Assembly: GCA_964549655.1 (NCBI GenBank)
Contig: CAZJXN010000005.1
Coordinates: 6,220 to 70,219, forward strand
DNA length: 64,000 nt
Direction of reading: 5' to 3'
From: an uncultured Saprospiraceae bacterium
GTDB taxonomy: Bacteria; Bacteroidota; Bacteroidia; Chitinophagales; Saprospiraceae
In this document: positions 35,822-45,595 of the stretch, in pieces
Position numbering within the stretch: position 1 is the first letter of the stretch
How the letters are laid out: each line of letters starts with the position of its first letter
Notes under the pieces: model-generated
The model's database searches: none
What the model was told of the DNA's origin: nothing
What the model saw: the letters and a program-made list of their open reading frames with translations, nothing else
Position numbers and translations under genes: made by a program

Positions 35822-37366
35822 ATGATGTTATCGAATAAAATTTTATATTATATTTTTCTAATTGGATGTTTTGTTATCGGCTATCAAAATGCCTTTAGCC
35901 AAAATAGTTCGAGTGATAACAACTTGATAAAAAATTGGCAATTATTTCACAATCAAGGTGATTATGATGAAGCCATTGCACAGGCAAAGCGGGTTTATCT
36001 ATTGGGGGAATCTATGCAAAATAAGGAAATAATGGCCCTTGCCCGAAATTGGGAAGGACAGTCTTTACTCAAAAAAACCAAGCGGGCGGCTGCCAATCGG
36101 AAAAGTGCAGAAAAAGTATTTAAAGAAAGTCTGAATTTGTCCATTGCAATTGATAACAAAGCCTTGCAAATGAATAACTTAAAGCAACTTCTTTCAATTG
36201 CAGCATTAGAAAAAAATACAGCGGCATCTGATATTTACAATCGGCAAATTAATGAAATAGAACAACAAATTGCAACCCGTGAATCCAATCGGAACTTAAC
36301 AGAAAAAGTGGAGCGATTGGATAGTGAAGTAACATTACTCGGCAGTACAAAGGTAAGCCTGGAACAAAAAATAGCGGCTCTTGGTGCAGCCCAAATGCGA
36401 GCAGAATTGATGTTGTCTATGCAAAAAAATTACTTGGATTCTTTGCAATTGGTGCGGATGCAAGAAACATTTGAATCAGAAAAAAAGGAGATGGCACTGA
36501 AAGAACAAGCGACCCAATTGGAATTGCAGCAAAGCCAAATTCAATTGCAACAAAACCAGATCCGGCTCCAATCCAGTCAGCGTAATTTTTTCATCGCTAT
36601 TGCCGCTATTCTTACCTTATTTGCTATCGGTGCTTACATTCGTTTTAATGAAACTAAAAAATATAATAATGTTTTAAACACTAAAAATGAAGCTTTAATA
36701 GAAGAGCAGCAGCGGTCAGAGTTATTATTATTAAATATTCTGCCCGATATGATTGCCAAGGAATTAAAGGCAAACGGTATTACAAAAGCTCGGCGGTATG
36801 AGCAAGCGACTGTGATGTTTACTGATTTTAAAGATTTTAGCAGAATTGCCAAGTTGATGCCGCCCGAACAATTAGTGGCAGATTTGGATACTTATTTTAA
36901 AGCATTTGATGAAATTGTAAGTAAATATAAAATTGAAAAAATTAAAACAATCGGCGATGCGTATATGTGCGTAGGCGGCTTGCCGGATGTGGAAGGGAGC
37001 CAGCCGAAGGATGTAGTCTTCGCAGCCCTTGAAATACAAACGCTGCTCAAAAATTTCAAAGTTGAACGGGAAAAAATTGGCAAACCTTTCTTTGAAGCCC
37101 GCATTGGCATTCACTCTGGACCGTTGGTGGCTGGGGTGGTTGGTTCTACGAAGTTTGCGTATGACATTTGGGGCGATACCGTGAATATTGCTGCAAGATT
37201 GGAATCCAAAGGAGAGTCGTGGCGCGTGAATATTTCTACCACCACTTATGAATTAGTCAAACATGATTTTGACTGCGAACCGCGCGGACTCATTCCTATT
37301 AAAAATGGAAATGACATTGCCATGTATTTTGTAAATGCACCGGTTCATTCTATGATGGCTATATAG
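35822..37366 (+). CDS. Class III adenylate/guanylate cyclase with an N-terminal signal/TPR-like/coiled-coil region and one TM segment
   Basis: The catalytic motifs are ATVMFTDFKDFSRIA, IKTIGDAYMCVGGLP, RIGIHSGPLVAGVVGSTKFAYDIWGDTVNIAARLES. Confidence 0.9.
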   Translation: MMLSNKILYYIFLIGCFVIGYQNAFSQNSSSDNNLIKNWQLFHNQGDYDEAIAQAKRVYLLGESMQNKEIMALARNWEGQSLLKKTKRAAANRKSAEKVFKESLNLSIAIDNKALQMNNLKQLLSIAALEKNTAASDIYNRQINEIEQQIATRESNRNLTEKVERLDSEVTLLGSTKVSLEQKIAALGAAQMRAELMLSMQKNYLDSLQLVRMQETFESEKKEMALKEQATQLELQQSQIQLQQNQIRLQSSQRNFFIAIAAILTLFAIGAYIRFNETKKYNNVLNTKNEALIEEQQRSELLLLNILPDMIAKELKANGITKARRYEQATVMFTDFKDFSRIAKLMPPEQLVADLDTYFKAFDEIVSKYKIEKIKTIGDAYMCVGGLPDVEGSQPKDVVFAALEIQTLLKNFKVEREKIGKPFFEARIGIHSGPLVAGVVGSTKFAYDIWGDTVNIAARLESKGESWRVNISTTTYELVKHDFDCEPRGLIPIKNGNDIAMYFVNAPVHSMMAI

Positions 37367-37375
37367 TATTATTTC

Positions 37376-38077
37376 TCAATTTTTAAACTTATTAATCGGC
37401 GTCAATAGCAACTTCCGAAACTCTACTTCCGAACCCTCTGCTTGTACCGCAATCTGCCCTTTTGTTACGGTACAATCAAATCCATTATTCACCATATCAC
37501 CATTCAACCACACTTTTATCGCATCATTTAGACATTCCACGGTCATGCTATTCCATTCACCGAGCGGTTTTTCCGAGCCGTCTGTCAGGTTGACGATGCG
37601 CCGTTCTTTACCCTCCGTGATGCCCCAATTTTCTTTCGGTCCGCGCCGCTTTTCCATTTCTGGCACTTTGATATCTTCTACAATACACCAAAAATCACCT
37701 GCGTTTTCGTGCATCATTTGCACTTCCAGCGATTTTGGAAACATCTTGTACAACGCTCGCGGCGTGGAGGCGTGCACGAGTACGCCACAGTTTCCGGGCT
37801 TTCCAGCAAAACGATACTCTACTTCCAACCGATAATTTTGATAAATCGCATCTGTAATAAGGTGTCCGTTAGGTATGCCGAGGCTCACAAGCATTCCATT
37901 GCGCACGATGAAAGGATTGATAGCTTTTGAATTTGTATCCATTTCTGGAACATCTACGTGCCAGCCGCCCAGGTCTTTGCCGTTGAAGAGACTTTGAGAT
38001 TTAGACGGAGATTTAGGTTGAGATTTGCAAGAGAATATGCTTATTGTAATTAAAGATATAAAAATAATATTTCTCAT
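37376..38077 (-). CDS. DUF1080 (3-keto-disaccharide hydrolase-like) lipoprotein; start trimmed to MRNIIFISL
   Basis: The lipobox is ISIFSC. The motifs LFNGKDLGGWH...NYRLEVEYRF...NCGVLVH...GQIAVQAEGSEVEFRKLLL are typical of DUF1080. Confidence 0.8.
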   Translation of the reverse strand: MRNIIFISLITISIFSCKSQPKSPSKSQSLFNGKDLGGWHVDVPEMDTNSKAINPFIVRNGMLVSLGIPNGHLITDAIYQNYRLEVEYRFAGKPGNCGVLVHASTPRALYKMFPKSLEVQMMHENAGDFWCIVEDIKVPEMEKRRGPKENWGITEGKERRIVNLTDGSEKPLGEWNSMTVECLNDAIKVWLNGDMVNNGFDCTVTKGQIAVQAEGSEVEFRKLLLTPINKFKN

Positions 38078-38328
38078 AATGTTATAATTGTGCAATTCGA
38101 TTTTAATTAAAAACTCATTTTGGTATAAATAGTACACTCATTTTGTAAAATAATTATGTTTCTTTATGATTTCAGAAATAACTAAAACTAAATATTAAAA
38201 TATCTTAATATCATAAAAAATTAGTGTACTATTCCTCCACAAATTAAATTAAAAATGCCGTTCCACCCTATTCAACCTATCTTTTTTTGAATGTATCTTA
38301 CCGCTTTCTAATCGAAAAAATATAGATT

Positions 38329-40044
38329 ATGGAACAACAACCGTTACGCAGTAGAAATTGGTTTGGTCGCACGGGCAAAGATGGGCTTATTTATCGAGCT
38401 TGGATGAAAAATCAAGGCATTCCAGCGCATGAATTTGAAGGAAAACCCGTGATTGGTATTTGTAATACGTGGTCAGAACTCACGCCTTGCAATGCGCATT
38501 TTCGAGAGCTGGCAGAGTCCGTGAAGCACGGAGTTTATGAGGCAGGCGGCTTTCCGGTAGAATTTCCGGTGATGTCATTGGGGGAGACTTTAATCAAACC
38601 GACTGCCATGTTGTACCGCAATTTGGCGAGTATGGATGTAGAAGAATCCATTCGCGCGAATCCCGTGGATGGCGTGGTGCTGCTGTGTGGGTGCGATAAA
38701 ACGACGCCGTCGCTGGTGATGGGCGCTTGTAGTGTGAATATTCCGAGCATCGTCGTTTCGGGCGGTCCGATGCTCACGGGCAAGTACAATGGGCGCGATA
38801 TTGCGACCTCTGATGTGTGGCGTTTCACGGAAGCCAATCGCATGGGAAAAATGAGCATGGAGGAATTAGGCATTGCGGAAGCCGGTCTGTGTCGCAGTCG
38901 CGGGCATTGCGCGGTGATGGGCACGGCTTCTACGATGGCAAGTATGGTTGAGTCTTTAGGTTTGTCGTTGCCGCATAATGCTGCGATTCCCGCTGCTGAT
39001 TCTCGCCGGAAAGTGTTGGCGCACTTATCGGGTATGCGGATTGTAGAAATGGTGCGAGAAGATTTGAAATTATCAGATATTTTAATACGTAATGCCTTTG
39101 AAAATGCGATCATTACAAATGCAGCGATTGGCGGCTCTACTAATTTTGTGATTCACTTGCTGGCGATTGCCGGACGTATCGGCGTTGATTTAGACTTAGC
39201 AGATTTTGATACGCTTACCGCAAACGTTCCGCTGATCGCAAATTTACAACCAGCCGGTCAATATTACATGGAAGATTTATATTATGCAGGTGGAATCCCG
39301 GCCGTATTACAAGAATTGAAAAGCTTTTTACACAATGATTGCCTGACTGTAAATGGTAGGACAATCGGCGAAAACTATGAACCAAGTATATCTTATAATA
39401 AAAATATCATAACTTCTGTAAAAGAACCATTTAACGAAATAGCAGCTACCATTGTATTAAAAGGAAATATATGTGAAGATGGCGCCGTGATGAAACTCGC
39501 TTGTGCCAGCGCGGAACTGCTCCGGCACACAGGAAAAGCAGTCGTTTTTGAAGATATTGAAGATTATAAAGCGCGCATTGACGACCCAGATTTAGAAGTG
39601 GATGCAACCAGTATTTTAGTATTAAAAAATGTAGGCCCAAAAGGTTACCCCGGTATGCCGGAGGTAGGAAATATGGGTATTCCGACCAAGTTGTTGCTAC
39701 AAGGCGTGACGGATATGGTGCGTATTTCGGATGGTAGAATGAGCGGCACGGCGTATGGGACAGTGGTGCTACACGTTTCGCCGGAAGCGGCTGTTGGCGG
39801 CACTTTGGGCGTGATTCAAGATGGTGATGTCATTACTTTGGATGTAATGAAACGAACTTTACACGTCGCACTTTCAGAAGAAGAACTCAATCAGCGTAAG
39901 CAACAATGGAAATTATCGCAACATTTCGCACAGCGCGGCTACGTCCATTTGTACCAGCAGCACGTAGAACAGGCGCACTTGGGCGCAGATTTTGATTTTC
40001 TGAGAGGGATGTCGGGCAGTGTGGTGGTGCGAGATTCGCATTAA
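38329..40044 (+). CDS. IlvD/Edd family dehydratase (sugar-acid dehydratase-like)
   Basis: Shows PVIGICNTWSELTPCNAHF, LLCGCDKTTPS and RSRGHCAVMGTASTM (Fe-S ligand context), plus RMSGTAYGTVVLHVSPEAAVGG. Confidence 0.9.
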   Translation: MEQQPLRSRNWFGRTGKDGLIYRAWMKNQGIPAHEFEGKPVIGICNTWSELTPCNAHFRELAESVKHGVYEAGGFPVEFPVMSLGETLIKPTAMLYRNLASMDVEESIRANPVDGVVLLCGCDKTTPSLVMGACSVNIPSIVVSGGPMLTGKYNGRDIATSDVWRFTEANRMGKMSMEELGIAEAGLCRSRGHCAVMGTASTMASMVESLGLSLPHNAAIPAADSRRKVLAHLSGMRIVEMVREDLKLSDILIRNAFENAIITNAAIGGSTNFVIHLLAIAGRIGVDLDLADFDTLTANVPLIANLQPAGQYYMEDLYYAGGIPAVLQELKSFLHNDCLTVNGRTIGENYEPSISYNKNIITSVKEPFNEIAATIVLKGNICEDGAVMKLACASAELLRHTGKAVVFEDIEDYKARIDDPDLEVDATSILVLKNVGPKGYPGMPEVGNMGIPTKLLLQGVTDMVRISDGRMSGTAYGTVVLHVSPEAAVGGTLGVIQDGDVITLDVMKRTLHVALSEEELNQRKQQWKLSQHFAQRGYVHLYQQHVEQAHLGADFDFLRGMSGSVVVRDSH

Positions 40045-40047
40045 AAT

Positions 40048-40110
40048 GGAACACTGATATTTATGATTGTTTAAGATATTTTATGATTATATTTAATGTA
40101 TTTTAACAAA
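40048..40110. repeat. GGWACACTGAT-family repeat, left arm copy
   Basis: GGAACACTGATATTTATGATTGTTTAAGATATTTTATGATTATATTTAATG aligns with 60688-60740. A matching inverted end, AAAAATCAGTGCCC, lies at 40346-40359. Confidence 0.75.
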
Positions 40111-40124
40111 AAAATTATACACTT

Positions 40125-40266
40125 CCATATAGCGTCATGGAACACGGATTTCCACTGATGTGACGGATTCACAATGATTTTTTCTCTTGGGGCGTGTAAA
40201 ATCCGTCCACAATCCGTCGCATCCGTTCACCTTTGGTGGAAATCCGTGTTCCATTGCGCTATATGG
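40125..40266. repeat. 142-bp palindromic element
   Basis: The arms are CCATATAGCGTCATGGAACACGGATTTCCAC and GTGGAAATCCGTGTTCCATTGCGCTATATGG (29/31 complementary). The interior is built from ACGGAT/ATCCGT words. Confidence 0.9.
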
Positions 40267-40373
40267 TTCAATCGAAGATTGTAAATAAAAACTTTTGTAC
40301 CATTATAGTTAATAGGCTAAATCATGAATAAATCGCAATAATTATAAAAATCAGTGCCCTATAAACGAAAAAT

Positions 40374-41135
40374 ATGTCATTCAAAAATAAAGTGGCTATC
40401 ATAACCGGTGCCGGTCAGGGCATTGGTCTAGAAATTAGTAGACAATTGGCTATAAAAGGCGCTTCTATTTTACTAAATGATTTGGATGAAAATTTAGCTA
40501 CGAACGCTGCGCAACAAATTACAGAAGAAACCAACGCTACTTGTCTTGCAATGGCAGGTGATTCGAGTGATTTACCCTTCATTCAAAAAATGGTGGATAC
40601 GGCAGTGGAGCAGTTTGGACGCTTGGATATTGTTATTGCAAATGCGGGAATTACTTTATTTGGCGATTTCTTTACTTATACGTCAGAATCTTTTTTTCGC
40701 GTAATGCAAGTGAATCTTGGCGGCACGTTCTTTTTGGCACAAGCAGCAGCCAATCAAATGAAGCAACAAGCGTCAGGCGGCACTTTGTTATTTACTTCAT
40801 CTGTAACAGGACATCAGGCGCATAAAGACTTAGCAGCATACGGTATGAGTAAAGCAGCGATTGAAATGTTAGCTAAAAATTTAGTCATTGAACTTTCGCG
40901 ATATCATATAAATGTAAATACAATTGCTCCGGGCGCTACATTGACGGAACGCACTTTAGATGACCCCAATTATGAAAGTACTTGGTCAAAATTAACGCCG
41001 TTGGGACGACCCGCAAGTGTAGCGGATATTGCAAATGCAGCATTATTTTTGGTATCGGAAGAGGCACGCCATATTACCGGACAAAGTGTGATAATTGATG
41101 GCGGCTGGACGAGTATTAGTCCTTCACCGTATTGA
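40374..41135 (+). CDS. SDR family oxidoreductase (FabG-like)
   Basis: Contains TGAGQGIG, NAGI and the YGMSKAA catalytic YxxxK. Length is 253 aa. Confidence 0.9.
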   Translation: MSFKNKVAIITGAGQGIGLEISRQLAIKGASILLNDLDENLATNAAQQITEETNATCLAMAGDSSDLPFIQKMVDTAVEQFGRLDIVIANAGITLFGDFFTYTSESFFRVMQVNLGGTFFLAQAAANQMKQQASGGTLLFTSSVTGHQAHKDLAAYGMSKAAIEMLAKNLVIELSRYHINVNTIAPGATLTERTLDDPNYESTWSKLTPLGRPASVADIANAALFLVSEEARHITGQSVIIDGGWTSISPSPY

Positions 41136-41195
41136 AATAGATTTGCTAAATTTCAAGAATTTAGTAAATCTTGTATTAAAATTATTGCAAAAGTT

Positions 41196-42308
41196 ATGAA
41201 TTCAACTTGGTATCAACTCTCCAACGAAGCGGAAATAGATTCCCCTTCCTTACTTTTTTACAAAGAGCGAATTCAGCGTAATATTCTGCAAATGATTGCA
41301 TTAGCCGAAAATCCTGAACGACTTTTGGTGCACGTCAAAACCAACAAAACGCTGGAGATTGTGCAAATGCTTCTCGCCGCAGGTATCACAAAATTCAAAT
41401 GCGCTACAATAGCCGAAGCAGAAATGGTAGCGATGGCGGGTGGAAATTATATTGTTATTGCACACCAATTAGTCGGTCCAAAAATTCAACGTTTAATAAA
41501 TTTACGAAAGTCATATCCAGATAAGTTTATCACATCTTTAATAGATTGTGAAGAAAATGCACTTTTACATAATGAAATATTTGAAAAACATAATTTAATT
41601 GCCCATATTTTTATAGATGTAGATAATGGAATGAATCGCTCTGGTCATCCAGTAAATGAAGCACTTTTTGAGTTGTATCAATTTATAAATAAGCAATCAA
41701 ATTTGCAATTACATGGCTTGCACGTATATGATGGACACCTGCGCGATGCGAATTTTGAAGAACGAAAAGAGAAAATTGATAATGGTTTTGAATCAGTAAA
41801 TGATTTCATTAAAAAAATAGAAAATGTTGGTTTGTCTAAACCAATGATTATTGCTGGCGGCACGCCTGCATTTACGTCACACGCAGGGCGAGCGGAAGTG
41901 TATTGCAGTCCGGGTACGTGTGTGTTGTGGGATTGGGGTTACGGCGACCAATTAAAGGAGCAACATTTTGAACACGCGGCTTTGATTTTGAGTCGTGTAA
42001 TTTCTAAACCCGCGCCGGGCATCATTTCGATTGACATGGGACACAAAGCCGTCGCTGCCGAAAACCCGATTGATAAACGGATTCGTTTTTTAAATTTAAA
42101 GGATTATGAATTACTAAGCCAAAGTGAAGAACATGGCGTTCTGCGTGTAAAGAATTGGGATGCTATTAAAGTTGGAGACGTTCTGTATGGCATTCCATAT
42201 CATATTTGTCCAACCGTGAATTTGTATGAAGAAGCACAAGTGGTAGAAAATGGACAAGTGACCGAGACGTGGCAAGTGCTGGCGCGGAGAAGGAGAATTA
42301 CCATTTAG
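41196..42308 (+). CDS. D-TA family PLP-dependent enzyme (alanine-racemase-fold; D-threonine aldolase / D-serine dehydratase-like)
   Basis: An N-terminal alanine-racemase-like barrel carries the lysine context LLVHVKTNKT. The C-terminal part reads SEEHGVL...GIPYHICPTVNLY. Confidence 0.7.
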   Translation: MNSTWYQLSNEAEIDSPSLLFYKERIQRNILQMIALAENPERLLVHVKTNKTLEIVQMLLAAGITKFKCATIAEAEMVAMAGGNYIVIAHQLVGPKIQRLINLRKSYPDKFITSLIDCEENALLHNEIFEKHNLIAHIFIDVDNGMNRSGHPVNEALFELYQFINKQSNLQLHGLHVYDGHLRDANFEERKEKIDNGFESVNDFIKKIENVGLSKPMIIAGGTPAFTSHAGRAEVYCSPGTCVLWDWGYGDQLKEQHFEHAALILSRVISKPAPGIISIDMGHKAVAAENPIDKRIRFLNLKDYELLSQSEEHGVLRVKNWDAIKVGDVLYGIPYHICPTVNLYEEAQVVENGQVTETWQVLARRRRITI

Positions 42309-42337
42309 TATTAAACATTTACCATTAAGCATTTATT

Positions 42338-43237
42338 ATGATACAAACACTTGATTTGCATTTTTTAAATAAACCGGATACGATTGCTGCTTTTTTGATA
42401 GAAACTAGCGTGGGTCCTGTGTTGATAGAAAGCGGTCCGTACTCGACGTTTCCGCAATTACAAAAGTTATTACAAGAAAAAGGCTATCAAATTGGTGATG
42501 TAAAGCACGTTTTTATTACACACATTCACCTTGACCATGCAGGCGCGGCTTGGGCTTTCGCCGAACAAGGAGCTACCATTTACGTCCATCCGCTCGGACA
42601 AAAACATTTACATAATCCTGAAAAATTGTGGAATTCTGCTAAAATGATTTATCAAGAACACATGGAGCGGCTGTGGGGTGACATGAAAGGTATTGCAGCA
42701 GAAAAGTTATATGTAGTAGAAAACGGTGAAAAAATTCAGTTGGGCGATACGGAAATTATTGCTTGGCACACGCCCGGTCATGCGATTCATCACATTGCGT
42801 GGCAGCTTGGTGAAAATTTATTTTGTGGAGATGTAGGTGGTGTGCGTATCGGCAATGGTATTGTGATTCCACCTTGTCCGCCGCCGGATATTAACGTCGA
42901 GGACTGGCAACAATCACTGGATTTGATTCGCAAGTTAAATGTTAAGACGTTTTATTTAACGCATTATGGTACTTTTACAGATATAGAAAATCATTTAGAT
43001 ACCTTGGAAAAACGTTTGTTGGAACGCGCAGAATGGATAAAACCTTATTTTGAACAACAAAAAACGCCGGAAGAAATTACACCTTTATTTCAACAATACG
43101 TTCGGGAAGAGTTGGTGGAAAATGGCGCGACGAACGAAGAACAAATTCAGCAATACGAAAATGCAAATCCTTCGTGGATGAGCGTAGCGGGATTGTTACG
43201 TTATTGGCACAAGAAAGAGAATGTCAAAAACCTATAA
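42338..43237 (+). CDS. MBL-fold metallo-hydrolase
   Basis: Contains ITHIHLDHAG (the HxHxDH motif), a later TPGHAIHH, and a C-terminal helical extension. Confidence 0.85.
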   Translation: MIQTLDLHFLNKPDTIAAFLIETSVGPVLIESGPYSTFPQLQKLLQEKGYQIGDVKHVFITHIHLDHAGAAWAFAEQGATIYVHPLGQKHLHNPEKLWNSAKMIYQEHMERLWGDMKGIAAEKLYVVENGEKIQLGDTEIIAWHTPGHAIHHIAWQLGENLFCGDVGGVRIGNGIVIPPCPPPDINVEDWQQSLDLIRKLNVKTFYLTHYGTFTDIENHLDTLEKRLLERAEWIKPYFEQQKTPEEITPLFQQYVREELVENGATNEEQIQQYENANPSWMSVAGLLRYWHKKENVKNL

Positions 43238-43267
43238 GATTTCCAAAAACCTTATAGGTTTTACGAG

Positions 43268-43504
43268 TTAGGAAGCAGGTATAATCCGTTTGCCCACTTC
43301 AAATACGCTTTTTAATAACATTAAATCTGGAAGCACCATTTCTACATTTTCTAATGCTTTCAACTCATCTACTTCTACTTCACTTTTTACATTTGCAGCA
43401 GGCGTAGTGGCGTTAGGTGTAACGGTATTTAAAAAAACGTAGGAGCTAAAACTCATGCCTACAAGGAATAATACGACAAGCGTACGGGTAGTTAACTTTT
43501 TCAT
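43268..43504 (-). CDS. Small hypothetical exported/membrane protein (78 aa)
   Basis: The N-terminal hydrophobic segment is LVVLFLVGMSFSSYVF. There is no other support. Confidence 0.4.
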   Translation of the reverse strand: MKKLTTRTLVVLFLVGMSFSSYVFLNTVTPNATTPAANVKSEVEVDELKALENVEMVLPDLMLLKSVFEVGKRIIPAS

Positions 43505-43671
43505 TTGACTTAAAATTTACCGCAAATTTGGTCTATCAAAAATACGCCATTTTCTACAAAATTGCTACCCTTAAACGACCAACTTACTTTTTTTTCAGAC
43601 TAAATTAGGTGATTTCTACCTTATAGACGGGTCGAGTTGGAAAAAGGTTGCAAAAAAAATCAAGAATTTTT

Positions 43672-43742
43672 GGAAATGGGAAGATAAGAGGATAGGAACG
43701 CTTGCTACGTGCATCCTCCTATCCTCCCATCTTCCTATCTTC
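43672..43742. repeat. GA-rich/CT-rich hairpin repeat, copy 1
   Basis: GGAAATGGGAAGATAAGAGGATAGGAA-CGCTTGCTACGTG-CATCCTCCTATCCTCCCATCTTCCTATCTTC overlaps the 3' end of the ABC ATPase ORF. Confidence 0.85.
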
Positions 43743-45467
43743 TAATCCCTTCGGAATCGCCGCAATTAACTTCTTCGTATATTCCGATTGCGGATTTTCA
43801 TAAATCGCATCGGCAGGACCTGATTCTACAATTTTTCCGGCGTTCATCACCAGCATTCGGTCGCTCATCAACTTTACAACCGATAAATCATGCGAAATAA
43901 AAATATACGTAAGATTATGTTTTTCACGTAATTCCATCAGTAAATTCAATACTTGCGCCTGCACGGACACATCGAGCGAGGAAACCGCTTCATCACATAT
44001 TATAAATTTTGGATTCAATGCTAATGCTCGTGCGATACAAATTCGTTGCCGCTGTCCACCTGAAAACTCATGCGGATAACGTTGAAAATGATGGGATTCT
44101 AAACCGACCGTTTTTAGCAATTCAAGCGCGCGTTCCTTACGTTGGCGGTCATTTTGTGAAATATGATGAAAACGCATGGGTTCCATAACCGCTTCACCAA
44201 TGGGGAGGCGTGGATTGAGAGAAGAGTAGGGGTCTTGAAAGATGAGTTGCATTTCGCGGCGCAACCGTTTTAACTCAAGTTCAGAAATATTTTCTAATTT
44301 CTTATTTTCAAATTGTACACTGCCTTCCGTGGGTGGAATCAAGTGTAAAATGGAACGTCCTAAAGTCGTCTTTCCACAGCCGGATTCACCCACCAATCCT
44401 AAGGTTTCGCCGGGATAGACTTCAAAACTTACATCGTCTACCGCTTTTATATAATCCAATGTTTTACCAAAAAAATTCTTTTTGCCTGTAAACCAAGTTT
44501 TCAAATTTGATACTTGTAATATCGGTGCTACTTTTTGTAAATTTTCTAATCGCGCCGCGGTTTCTTGCGGTTTTATTTTCCAATCTTCTATCGTTTTTGC
44601 AAAATCCGTTTTTTCTTGTGATAAAAAATCAGACACTAATGGCAAACGTTTCAAACGATATTCCAGCGACGGACGACAAGCCAGCAAGCCTTGCGTGTAC
44701 GGATGCTGCGGATTTTGAAATAAATCTGAAACCGTGCCTTGCTCTACAATTTTACCTTTATACATCACCAATACGCGGTCAGCAATCGCTGCAATCACCC
44801 CTAAATCATGGGTAATGAACAACATAGACATTTGAAATTCTTGTTTTAGATCGCGCATCAGTTCCAAAATCGTTTGTTGCACCGACACATCCAACGCGGT
44901 CGTCGGCTCATCTGCCAATAGAATACTTGGATTGCAAGCCATTGCCATCGCAATCATTACGCGCTGCTTCTGCCCGCCAGAAATCTGGTGTGGATATGCG
45001 TCATAAATCCGCTGTGGCTCTGGTAATTTCACTTTTGACAGTAATTCCAGCGTAGCAATTTTCGCTGCTTTTGCGTCCATTTTTTGGTGCAATCGAATGA
45101 CTTCTGCTACTTGGTCGCCACATTTAAAAACAGGATTTAGAGAAGTCATCGGCTCTTGAAAAATCATCGCCAACTCATTCCCACGCAATGCTTGTATCTG
45201 ATTTTCAGGCACTTGCAACAAATCAACAACTTCACCTTCTTTAGTACGAAATAGAATTTCACCACTACCAGTATTTGCCGGAGGTGTTTGCAATAAGCGC
45301 ATAATAGACAACGCCGTCACCGACTTTCCAGATCCCGATTCACCTACGATGCCCACCGTTTCGCCTCTGTACAAATCAAAACTAATACCGTCCACCGCCT
45401 GCGTGATTTGCTCGTCCGTGCGGAAGAAGATGCTTAGGTTTTTGATTTCTAATAATTTATCAGTCAT
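43719..45467 (-). CDS. ABC transporter ATP-binding protein with two fused ATPase domains (Dpp/Opp D-F-type, YejF/GsiA-like); start trimmed to MTDKLLEIK
   Basis: Two Walker A motifs ([16 protein letters not shown]) and two signatures ([16 protein letters not shown]). The last roughly 8 codons and the stop lie in hairpin repeat copy 1. Confidence 0.9.
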   Translation of the reverse strand: MTDKLLEIKNLSIFFRTDEQITQAVDGISFDLYRGETVGIVGESGSGKSVTALSIMRLLQTPPANTGSGEILFRTKEGEVVDLLQVPENQIQALRGNELAMIFQEPMTSLNPVFKCGDQVAEVIRLHQKMDAKAAKIATLELLSKVKLPEPQRIYDAYPHQISGGQKQRVMIAMAMACNPSILLADEPTTALDVSVQQTILELMRDLKQEFQMSMLFITHDLGVIAAIADRVLVMYKGKIVEQGTVSDLFQNPQHPYTQGLLACRPSLEYRLKRLPLVSDFLSQEKTDFAKTIEDWKIKPQETAARLENLQKVAPILQVSNLKTWFTGKKNFFGKTLDYIKAVDDVSFEVYPGETLGLVGESGCGKTTLGRSILHLIPPTEGSVQFENKKLENISELELKRLRREMQLIFQDPYSSLNPRLPIGEAVMEPMRFHHISQNDRQRKERALELLKTVGLESHHFQRYPHEFSGGQRQRICIARALALNPKFIICDEAVSSLDVSVQAQVLNLLMELREKHNLTYIFISHDLSVVKLMSDRMLVMNAGKIVESGPADAIYENPQSEYTKKLIAAIPKGLEDRKMGG

Positions 45468-45478
45468 TGCTTTTTTTT

Positions 45479-45595
45479 GGGAAGACGGGAGGATAGGAGG
45501 ATGCACATGGCAAGTGTTCTCCCAGATTTTCTAAAATCAAGATAATGGAGGAGTAAGTAGCAAGCGTTTCCTATCTTCCCATCCTCCCATCCTCC
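45479..45595. repeat. GA-rich/CT-rich hairpin repeat, copy 2
   Basis: GGGAAGACGGGAGGATAGGAGGATG is followed by a roughly 64-nt loop and then TTCCTATCTTCCCATCCTCCCATCCTCC. It sits between the ABC gene start and the rnd stop. Confidence 0.85.

Noticed and set aside
38535-39113. 192-aa minus-strand ORF
   Set aside because: It lies antisense inside the IlvD/Edd dehydratase gene, whose motifs are unambiguous.
43709-43900. 63-aa plus-strand ORF starting MHPPILPSS, mirrored by the same peptide at the tracked start of the minus-strand ABC ORF (45506)
   Set aside because: Both MHPPILPSS starts are translations of the CT-rich arm of the hairpin repeat. The ABC gene more plausibly starts at MTDKLLEIK (45467), and the plus-strand ORF lies antisense to it.
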